DNA from: Rhynchopus sp. YZ270_cl-10
Lineage: Eukaryota
Reading direction: 5' to 3'
DNA: 64,000 nucleotides
NCBI GenBank assembly: GCA_964035575.1
Contig: OZ037837.1
Span: 1,488,001-1,552,000, forward strand
The number at the start of each line of letters is the position of its first letter. Positions within the stretch are counted from its first letter, which is position 1. A program made the translations under genes and the position numbers. The notes below the pieces were generated by a model that saw only the letters and a program-made list of their open reading frames with translations, did not search any database and had not been told where the DNA came from. Below, piece by piece: positions 55,255 through 64,000 of the stretch.

Positions 55255-57009
55255 ATGAAGCGTTCCTCCGTGACTGAGTCCCCCACCACAAAGAAGGCCC
55301 GGGTGGACGGCCCTGCACCCTCCCACCTCTCCGAAACACACAACATGGGTTCTGACACGCAGCCCACCGCACCACAGATGCCGAGCTGTGAGAACTGTGG
55401 CGTGCCCGCACAGCTGCAGTGCGGGATCTGCAAGGAGCTGTTCTTCTGCGACACACCTGCGTGCTATGACGCTTGCCACGCAAGGCCACGTGACCGTGAG
55501 GCACATCGCGCTTCTGTGACTCCTTGCGGGACGTCGTCGAAGTGTGCACAGCACCCAGGACAAGAGCTGTCCCTCGTCTGTGAAGACCCTGCGTGTGGAG
55601 ACGCGTTGATCTGCATACACTGTGCTTACTTCGAACACACGGGACACAAGACAGTTGACATCACGGACTACATGAAACGCCAGCGTGACACCCTCTGCTC
55701 ACACGTGGCAGACCTGACAGCACAGCGGACTGCTGCAGAGGAGAAGTGCCGTGTGCTTGAGGCACTCCCACCCACGGAGGACAGGTACAAAGACCTTCTC
55801 CTGCAGACACACGTCGGGCACTTCGTGATGCGTGAGGATGTGTCGCGCAGCGAAGTCGTGTGTGAGGAGGAGGTGGCACGGAGCTTCCTCACACAGGCAC
55901 TCAGTCGTGAAGGGGAGGTGTGTGCGCTGAAGACGTTTGTTGCGAAGGTAGGACACGTGATTGCTGAGTGTGAGACGGTGTGCCAGCTTGGGGACGACCA
56001 GGTGCTGCGTGCGGTCACAGAGTCGCAGGCCGTTGTGCGGAGCATCAACAGCATGGCAGCGAGTGGAGACCGCCACCGCCTTGTGGGTGCTGCAGACCCA
56101 CACACAACGTTTTCCCTGAAGCTGCCTGTTTCGAACGTGCACGACGCCCTTGCCCAGATGTCTGCGCTTGTTGTGCCTGTCCTTGTGCAGGGGTTGGATG
56201 GAGTGGAACATGAGATTGAGGTGAGTGTGGATGACACGGGCAGGGACTTGCTTCGGAAGGTGGCGTCTGCAGTGGGGTTGCGTGAAGGCTGCTTCGACAT
56301 GACTTTCAGAGATGAAGTGATTGCAGAAGGAGAGGACGTGGTGCAGCTGAGGGGCCACAGGGTTGTTGTAACGGAGACCATGACACAGAAGAGGAAGCAG
56401 GATGCCATTGCAGCACTTCGTGCGTTGGGTGAGATGACACTTACATCACAAAGGTTGAAGCAGGTGAGTGATGAAGGCAGTGATCCGAAGGTGGCTTGCT
56501 TGCTCCTGCAGGCACAAGTTGCGACTGCGATTCCAGACAGCTTCTTCTCGGAAACTGCAGTGACGTGCATTGATCTCAGTCATGCGTCTGCTGTGACTGC
56601 GATTGGGGACGAGTTCCTGTACGGGTGCGCATCATTGACCAAAGTTGATCTGAGTGGTTTACAATCTGTCACCTCGATTCGGGACTGTTTTCTCAGCCAT
56701 TGCACTTCATTATCGACAGTTGATTTGAGTGCATTGCGAGGTGTCACCTCGATTAGGGACTATGTCCTCTACGGGTGCACATCATTGTCAACAGTTGATC
56801 TGAGTGGATTACAAGCCGTCACCTCGATTGGGGAGTGTTTCCTCTCCAACTGCACTTCATTGTCGACAGTTAATCTGAGTGGACTGCAAGCTGTGACATC
56901 GATTAGTGAAGGCTTCACCTCCGGGTGCCATGCTTTGAAGACCTTGCACGGAAAGGACAAGTGTAGCAATGCTGTCCTAGGTAGTCTGCCTGAACACTTA
57001 CGCTGTTGA
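55255..57009 (+). CDS. B-box - coiled coil - UBL - LRR protein, copy 2
   Basis: Paralogue of 40014-41759. Confidence 0.85.
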   Translation: MKRSSVTESPTTKKARVDGPAPSHLSETHNMGSDTQPTAPQMPSCENCGVPAQLQCGICKELFFCDTPACYDACHARPRDREAHRASVTPCGTSSKCAQHPGQELSLVCEDPACGDALICIHCAYFEHTGHKTVDITDYMKRQRDTLCSHVADLTAQRTAAEEKCRVLEALPPTEDRYKDLLLQTHVGHFVMREDVSRSEVVCEEEVARSFLTQALSREGEVCALKTFVAKVGHVIAECETVCQLGDDQVLRAVTESQAVVRSINSMAASGDRHRLVGAADPHTTFSLKLPVSNVHDALAQMSALVVPVLVQGLDGVEHEIEVSVDDTGRDLLRKVASAVGLREGCFDMTFRDEVIAEGEDVVQLRGHRVVVTETMTQKRKQDAIAALRALGEMTLTSQRLKQVSDEGSDPKVACLLLQAQVATAIPDSFFSETAVTCIDLSHASAVTAIGDEFLYGCASLTKVDLSGLQSVTSIRDCFLSHCTSLSTVDLSALRGVTSIRDYVLYGCTSLSTVDLSGLQAVTSIGECFLSNCTSLSTVNLSGLQAVTSISEGFTSGCHALKTLHGKDKCSNAVLGSLPEHLRC

Positions 57010-57094
57010 CAAGCAAGAACCTGAGCAGCATCTTCTCCCTGTGACAAAATATTCCTTCAAACGTTTTACCCCAGATTTCATGACAACTTTTCTT

Positions 57095-57752
57095 TTACCG
57101 GCCGCGTACATATTACGTCGCGTACTAATTAAGTCGGTTAGGGCAAATACCGACTTAATTAGTACGCGACGTAATAAGTGTGCGACGTAATTAATTTTTT
57201 GAAGAAAAACAAAATCTACGGACAAGGTGAGTGGGAAGGATGTCTGGCATTTCTCTTGGTGCTGGCGTGTTGGCCCTCGGCCCTTTACAAGGTTACATTG
57301 GGCAGAGATTGCAACATGCAAACAAAAGTTTTTTTTAAAATGTTCGTTGAAATATGAACGAATGGCTCAAATTGCGGATTTGAGGAACTCATTGGCACTT
57401 CCCACTCCTCTTGTGCATGTGGAGGTACTAGACGCACTGTGGCAGAGTTCTCACCGATTTCTTCCACCTTACCCTGTGCCGTCTACACGCGCCGCGTGTT
57501 GGGTTTGTTCTCCTCCTCGCTCACACGATCTGCGATGACTTCGGGATTGTGTGGGTTTGGTGGTATCCCCCCAGTGATGTACCAGCTGTGTTCCAACATG
57601 ATTACCCCCACTTTTTTTTTCACCTTACGGTGTGTACTAATTACGTCGCTTTTTGGGCACCCGCGGGCCCCCAAAAAGCGACTTAATTAGTACGCGACGT
57701 AATAAGTACCCCCCGTAATAAATACGCGACGTAATATGTACGCGGCCGGTAA
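57095..57752. mobile_element. MITE-like element with nested hairpins
   Basis: Termini TTACCGGCCGCGTACATATTACGTCGCGTA and its reverse complement ending at 57752. TCTT on both flanks (57091-57094, 57753-57756). Perfect 28-bp internal stem at 57111-57176. Confidence 0.85.
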
Positions 57753-58934
57753 TCTTTTATCCTATCAAATTAGCGACTCAACGTTTGTGCTCCTCTTTTG
57801 CCCCTCCCACACTGCGAAACGGGCATAGGAACCGAACCGAACCCCTACATACGTACTACACACAGGATTCATGCCCCTGTGTTTGCAATGATCTCCCGTT
57901 TTATTTGGCTGATGAGTTGAAGCGGGCTTAGCGCATATCAGATGAAACCACGATATGGATGTAGGACTGCATGGTTGGGTGTCCACCCCGGTACAGCTGG
58001 TCATGTACCAAGGCACACTGTCACGAGAAGGCTTTTGTATTTCAACTCTACTTTTCACTTTGTACGAGTCCTCTGGAAATGAATGATGCGTTGTGACTAT
58101 GTCATGAGTCTCCCCACCTCTCCCCCGTGCCTTAGAGCCTGAGTAATATAAAAGGGGGGTTTCGGCCCAAAAAGCCCAGACCCCAGACCCCCGGCCACAA
58201 CGTAGCGCGCAATAAGGGTATGGGGTACCACTGCACCCAAAACCCCGTTTTTCGGCGTTTCCGGAATCCACCCAGAAAGTGGTGGGTCCATTTTGAAAAA
58301 ATGAGGAAGTTTTTCGGTGTTTAAATTTCCCAAAATAGTGAAGCGTTTTGTTGCTGGCCCCTTTCCTTCTGAGAATGGATTTTCTTCAGATGTGAACCTC
58401 GAAATGGATTGTAGGGAAGACATGGTGACGGGAGCACCCTCAGGTGTTCTGGTCATGCACCAGCGTTCACTGTAACGAGAGGGTTTATGTATTTCGAGAC
58501 ACATTCATTATTTCATGTCAAATTCAGGGTCGCATGGTTTGGGTAAAGAAGTCGATATCTGTGTTGAACAGAGTCATGCATTCCTGAGGAAGCCACATGC
58601 GACGTTTCATTGCTTTCTCGTGCACATGATCTCAAAGACCACGCACTGTTGTGTGGAGAGCTGTGCCAGGATTAGCACGCGAAGAGAGGACTGGCAACAC
58701 TGCCTACCTCCCAACATAGCGTGATGTGGAAACCCAGATAGGTGACCTGACCCCCGACAACGCAGAAGCAAGCGTCGTGTTGAGGGAGGTTTTTGTGTTC
58801 TATTTTATCAACAATCTGTCAACAAGCCTACAACGACCACCCCACCCACCCTGTTTTGTTCACTGCTTACACCCCTCATCAATAAGTCACACCCAACCCT
58901 TCCAGACACCCCTGCACCCTCCCACCTCCATAAA

Positions 58935-60626
58935 ATGAAGCGTTCCTCCGTGACTGAGTCCCCCACCACAAAGAAGGCCCGGGTGGACGGCCCTGCACCC
59001 TCCCACCTCTCCGAAACACACAACATGGTGTCTGACACGCAGCCCACCGCACCACAGATGCCGAGCTGTGAGAACTGTGGCGTGCCTACACAGCTGCAGT
59101 GCGGGATCTGCACGGCGCTGTTCTTCTGCGAGAAGCCGGAGTGCTTCGAAGTGTTCCACCCGAGAGCACGTGACCATGAGGCACATCGCGCTTCTGTGAC
59201 TCCTTACGGGACGTCGTCGAAGTGTGCACAGCACCCAGGCCAAGAGCTGTGCGTCGTCTGTGAAGACCCTGCGTGTGGAGACGCGTTGATCTGCATACAC
59301 TGTGGTTACTTCGGACACACGGGACACAAAACAGTTGCCATCACGGACTACATGAAACTCCATCGTGACACCCTCTGCTCACACGTGGCAGACCTGACAG
59401 CACAACGGACTGCTGCAGAGGAGAAGTGCCGTGTGCTTGAGGCACTCCCACCCACGGAGGACAGGTACAAAGACCTTCTCCTGCAGACACACATCGGGCA
59501 CCTTGTGATGCGTGAGGATGTGTCGCGCAGCGAAGTTGTGTGTGAGGAGGAGGTGGCACGGAGCTTCCTCACACAGGCACTCAGTCGTGAAGGGGAGGTG
59601 TGTGCGCTGAAGACGTTTGTTGCGAAGGCAGGACACATGATTGCTGAGTGCGAGGCGGTGTGCCAGCTTGGGGACGACCAGGTGCTGCGTGCGGTCACAG
59701 AGTCGCAGGCCGTTGTGCGGAGCATCAACAGCATGGCAGCGAGTGGAGACCGCCACCGCCTTGTGGGTGCTGCAGACCCACACGCAACGTTTTCCCTGAA
59801 GCTGCCTGTTTCGAACGTGCACGACGCCCTTACCCAGATGTCTGCGCTTGTTGTGCCTGTCCTTGTGCAGGGGTTGGATGGAGTGGAACATGAGATTGAG
59901 GTGAGTGTGGATGACACGGGCAGGGACTTGTTTCGGAAGGTGGCGTCTGCAGTGGGGTTGCCTGAAGGCTGCTTCGACATGACTTTCAGAGATGAACTGA
60001 TTGCAGAAGGAGAGGACGTGGTGCAGCTGAGGGGCCACAGGGTTGTTGTAACGGAGACCATGACACAGAAGAGGAAGCAGGATGCCATTGCAGCACTTCG
60101 TGCGTTGGGTGAGATGACACTTACATCACAAAGGTTGAAGCAGGTGACTGACGAAGGCAATGATCCGAAGGTGGCTTGCTTGTTCCTGCAGGCACAAGTT
60201 GTGACTGCGATTCCCGAGAACTTCTTCTCGAGAACTGCAGTGACGTGCATTGATCTCAGTCATGCGTCTGCTGTGACTGTGATTGGGGAAGAGTTCCTCT
60301 TCGCGTGCACATCATTGACGACAGTTGATTTGAGCGGATTACAATCTGTCACCTCGATAGGGGACAATTTTCTCGGCCACTGTACATCATTGTCAACAAT
60401 TGATCTGAGTGGATTAGAACGTGTCACCTCAATTGGGCACTGGTTCCTCAGCGATTGCTCATCATTGTCGACAGTTGATCTGAGTGGGTTACAAGGTGTC
60501 ACTTCGGTTGGCCACTCGTTCTTCGAGGACAACCTAGGGTTGAGGGTCTTGAACGGACAGGATAGGTGCAATGATGCTGTACTCAGCAATCTGCCTTATC
60601 ACTTACGTGTGGACGTGTACAACTAA
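58935..60626 (+). CDS. B-box - coiled coil - UBL - LRR protein, copy 3 (one LRR fewer)
   Basis: Paralogue with four instead of five variable LRR units and a divergent C-cap. Confidence 0.85.
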   Translation: MKRSSVTESPTTKKARVDGPAPSHLSETHNMVSDTQPTAPQMPSCENCGVPTQLQCGICTALFFCEKPECFEVFHPRARDHEAHRASVTPYGTSSKCAQHPGQELCVVCEDPACGDALICIHCGYFGHTGHKTVAITDYMKLHRDTLCSHVADLTAQRTAAEEKCRVLEALPPTEDRYKDLLLQTHIGHLVMREDVSRSEVVCEEEVARSFLTQALSREGEVCALKTFVAKAGHMIAECEAVCQLGDDQVLRAVTESQAVVRSINSMAASGDRHRLVGAADPHATFSLKLPVSNVHDALTQMSALVVPVLVQGLDGVEHEIEVSVDDTGRDLFRKVASAVGLPEGCFDMTFRDELIAEGEDVVQLRGHRVVVTETMTQKRKQDAIAALRALGEMTLTSQRLKQVTDEGNDPKVACLFLQAQVVTAIPENFFSRTAVTCIDLSHASAVTVIGEEFLFACTSLTTVDLSGLQSVTSIGDNFLGHCTSLSTIDLSGLERVTSIGHWFLSDCSSLSTVDLSGLQGVTSVGHSFFEDNLGLRVLNGQDRCNDAVLSNLPYHLRVDVYN

Positions 60627-60841
60627 CATAGCCACCCCCTGTTTCGTTTCTCCTTTTCCTGTGTGGGCAAGGTGGTAACTTGAAAGGTGCACTTTTCAAA
60701 TGTTACTGGTTTGCTGGTTTAGAAAACATTTTCCCCGGATACAGCGGTCGTCGCGCGCTTCGCGCACGCCTCCCTGCCAGACACAGAGTGGAGAGGTAAA
60801 GGGTAAATTTAGCGAGATACCAAAGAATACGGAATTAGCTA

Positions 60842-61593
60842 TTTATTCGTCTGAGGAAATATTCACTTTTCCTCACAAGTGTACCTTTCAGAAACGAGTG
60901 GCATTTTACCCCACGAGCGAAGCGAGTGGGGTAATAGACTTTATCTCACGAGCGAAGCGAGTGGGATAAAGTCAACCACGAGTTTCTGAAAAGGGCACGA
61001 GTGGAGGGAAAGTGAATATTTCACCAGAATAAAATAGTTTTCTCAACTGAAGGAAAAGTAGCTCTAAGCAAAACCCCGTGGAAGAAGTGTGGGGTGAATA
61101 TGCAGAAAAAAAAGACGATTTTTTGGTGGGAATATTTTTCACAGAAAATCGAATTTCACTATTAAGATTGGCTCTGCTCGACACCCAGTAAGGCTACTAT
61201 GGGCCCCATGGGTCATTTTGGCCCGAATACCAGGCCGTATTTTCAAAAGATTGATAATCCCAGTATATGGTATAGCCCTGTGGTACCAAATTTTTGGCCG
61301 AAAAAATGGACCAAAAAATGGTCATGTTGGTCACGGTGACAAAATGTGAAGCAGAGATATCAAAATGACCCACTCTCCCACCCAATTTTTTTTTCGACCC
61401 CCCCTCTACTTTTCCTCACACCAAAAAAAGCCTCACACATAGGCTTTTTTCTACACAAACCCCAGCCAAAAATTATTGCTACTTTTCCAAATTGCGTGAG
61501 GAAAAGTGGCTATGTGTGAGGAAAAGTGAATTTATCCTCACACTTCTTCCACGGGGTTTGCTCAGAGCTACTTTTCCTCAGTTGAGAAAATAA
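60842..61593. mobile_element. Palindromic non-autonomous element with two inverted-repeat modules
   Basis: Imperfect palindrome 60842-61033 containing two GAGCGAAGCGAG-loop hairpins, followed by ~55-bp inverted repeats at 61037-61092 / 61535-61590. Confidence 0.65.
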
Positions 61594-62353
61594 TATTATT
61601 CCTTTGTTAACAGAGCTTGGCCTTGCATATTACGCTCCACTAACCGCATAAAATCAATACGTCTTCCAGAAGCAGGGGCTGCTGCAAGAATGCTGAGAGT
61701 GTTGCAACGGTGGGTCATTTTTTAAAAAACGGTCAACGTTTTTGCAGCTTTGTTGAGAACGACGAGACATAACAGAAGCGTGGGAAGGGAATAAAGAAGA
61801 GTGAACCACATAACTTTTAATTTTTAGAACAATGTCATCAATTTTTTGCTCCATTCAGGAGTTTTCTCAGGCACACTCAGTGTCCCCCTTTTTTTCTGCT
61901 TTTTCTGCCTTTTTGTATTTCAGATATAATACAAGCAACCAATCGACCCACAACGACAGCTAACAACTAACCCAAAGGGGGGGAGGGAAACAAGCAGGAC
62001 GATTTGAGGAGAACAAGAAGATGAATTAAAAATAAAACGACAACAAAAAATGGAAAATGGAAGGAGCAAACACGGAATTCAAGAAAAGTTTAAAAAAAAC
62101 AGACACCCCACATTCTCCCCCAACATCTTCACCTTCCTTATCCGTATCACATATTGTGGGAAAGAGTCCCCAGCCTTTGGCAGCTTCGGTAATGTTGTAT
62201 TTTTTGGCTGCACAATCAATACATGGGGATTCCCTCGAATTGGGTTTCCTGAAGGATTTCATTTTATTAATTCTTCTCCTTCTTCCCACAACACAGCAGG
62301 GACAACACACCAACCTCTGTGAACAAACACAACACACACTTTCTTTCAGGAAG

Positions 62354-64000
62354 ATGGGATCCGGAGCGTCGAAGCCTGAAAAGGACGAGATTGCAAAGGG
62401 AATTACTGGGAAGGAGAGGCCCGTGGACGCAGTGGACAGCGCGGACGGGAGGACAATGCTGCACAGTGCCGTGCTTGCGGGGGACGTGGAGGCAGTGCGG
62501 TTTCTTGTGGAGAACGGGGCAGGGAATGTGCGTGACAGGGACGGGAAGGTGCCGCTGTGGTACGCACTGCAGCACAGAGACGCGGATGTGCGGGGCCGAC
62601 TTGAGGCGGAGCTGGGGGCGCATGCAGCAGAGATCCTTGGTGAGGTGGAAGATGCTGTGCAGGTGTACCTCACTGACGGTGTTGTGACAACAACAATAGC
62701 AGATGTGGACGTGGAACGGAGCAGTGGAGATGCAACGACAGCACCTCTTGCTCACCCTCACATGGACATGGCGAAAGACACGAACACCTCGACTGGAGAC
62801 AGACACCTGGGAGAGGACGATCTTGACGGGGACACGGGTGCACTGTGGCACACAGACGGACGGAAGGTGGAGTGGCTGCGGAAAACAGACGACAGCAACA
62901 ACAAGAACAAGAACAGCAATGGAGGTGAAGACCTGCTGTGCTGGCTGCGTGGTCTGCCAAAGGTGGATCCGCCGTTGGGCTACACAGACGAACACGTGCG
63001 GCACATGGAGGCGGGGTTCCGTGTGGTGTGCAAGCGTCTGCTGGAGGACATGAGAGGACGGAGGGAGGCTGCGGGGACACATGGTGGACACGTGGAGGTG
63101 GAGGACTGGATGGCGGCACGCGACCCGTTTGAGCTGCTGCTGTCGGGGTTCCTGTTCACGTCTGACTGCGTGGAGTATGTGCTGGACAGCGGCGGGGATG
63201 TTGTGTGCGACGAAAAGGGCACACCGCAGATTGCGAAAGGGCTTGACGGGAAGCTGCGGTACATCAAACTGACGGAGCGGGCTGTGCTGGACAACCACGG
63301 GAGTGCTGCTGATGTGAAATCACAGTCGCTTGCGCTGTACATGACGATGAACACTGCGATGCGTGCTGTGGGGCAGCTGGCTGCGGTGAAGGAGTGGAAG
63401 GGGACACCTGAGAAGACAGCACCGAACGTGTTTGAGCTGTCGCCCGCACCCCCGCAGCTGCATGTGATTGCGACCTTTGCGCCGCTGATCCGTGGTCTGG
63501 ACCGGCTGATTGGGAGCCGACGGAAGCAGCTGCGGACTGTGTTCCGCGGGATCAATGTGAACGTGTCTGCGAAGTACGCGCTGAATACACACATTGTGTG
63601 GAACTGCTTCACGTCGACAACACTGAAGCGGGATGTGGCTCGGAGCTTCATGTACGGGAAGGGTGGCACGTTCTTTGTGGTGGTGGCGAAGGAGGGTGCT
63701 GCAGACGTGAAGTTCTCGTCTGTGTATGCTTCGGAGGACGAGCTGCTGTACACAGCGAACATTGAGTACCGTGTGCAGTGGAAGCTTTCGCCGACGCTGC
63801 TGCGGATGATGGGGCTGCGCTTTGACGTGATTGTGATGCAGGAGGTGTGTTCTGGTGTGGGTAAGGGTGTGGGGGACACGAGTGCGGCTGAGCAGGTGGG
63901 TGCGCTGCAGGAGGTGATGGGACACACAGTCGCGTTCTTCAAGGACTACCTTGCGCAGTACGTGGAGGGGCGTGTGGGGGACGACACACGTGTGGGTGAG
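62354..64000 (+). CDS. NLR/STAND-like ANK-ART-(NACHT-WD40) protein C, truncated by window end
   Basis: Open frame from ATG 62354 (MGSGASK...), near-identical to A/B through the ART domain. Absent from the ORF track because it has no stop in the window. Confidence 0.85.
   Translation, partial: MGSGASKPEKDEIAKGITGKERPVDAVDSADGRTMLHSAVLAGDVEAVRFLVENGAGNVRDRDGKVPLWYALQHRDADVRGRLEAELGAHAAEILGEVEDAVQVYLTDGVVTTTIADVDVERSSGDATTAPLAHPHMDMAKDTNTSTGDRHLGEDDLDGDTGALWHTDGRKVEWLRKTDDSNNKNKNSNGGEDLLCWLRGLPKVDPPLGYTDEHVRHMEAGFRVVCKRLLEDMRGRREAAGTHGGHVEVEDWMAARDPFELLLSGFLFTSDCVEYVLDSGGDVVCDEKGTPQIAKGLDGKLRYIKLTERAVLDNHGSAADVKSQSLALYMTMNTAMRAVGQLAAVKEWKGTPEKTAPNVFELSPAPPQLHVIATFAPLIRGLDRLIGSRRKQLRTVFRGINVNVSAKYALNTHIVWNCFTSTTLKRDVARSFMYGKGGTFFVVVAKEGAADVKFSSVYASEDELLYTANIEYRVQWKLSPTLLRMMGLRFDVIVMQEVCSGVGKGVGDTSAAEQVGALQEVMGHTVAFFKDYLAQYVEGRVGDDTRVGE

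Larger units (their letters stand above)
54640..60610 (+). repeat. Tandem segmental duplication (~2.3-kb units 54640-57010 and 58350-60610)
   Basis: ~600 bp of upstream sequence plus the B-box/LRR CDS are shared between units. Confidence 0.85.

Overview
Eukaryotic protist genomic DNA. A euglenozoan, probably diplonemid-like, origin is inferred from all credible genes lying on the + strand, GT-AG introns with C/A-rich 3' ends, (T)nCAG acceptor-like sites just before ATGs, and a degenerate receptor-type nucleotide cyclase. Three intronless, recently duplicated gene families dominate the window, each with a near-invariant N-terminal module and a variable C-terminal repeat domain. (i) Six ubiquitin-like (UBL) + WD40/beta-propeller genes. 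(ii) Three NLR/STAND-like genes: N-myristoylation motif, ankyrin, R-S-E ADP-ribosyltransferase, NACHT, pentapeptide repeats, WD40. (iii) Three RING-less TRIM-like genes: B-box, B-box, coiled coil, UBL, LRR. Single-copy genes sit between them: an intron-containing amino-acid transporter, a cyclase-like membrane protein, enolase-phosphatase E1, and a ~2,591-aa three-exon membrane class-3 lipase with two NADAR-like domains inserted in its lipase fold. Intergenic DNA holds several non-autonomous TIR elements (including a MULE/foldback-like element with a 9-bp TSD), LSU rRNA fragments and short dispersed hairpin repeats. The best candidate for an undescribed system is the ART-effector NLR-like family within a putative protist innate-immunity cluster. 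All domain calls are from motif recognition by eye, not database searches.
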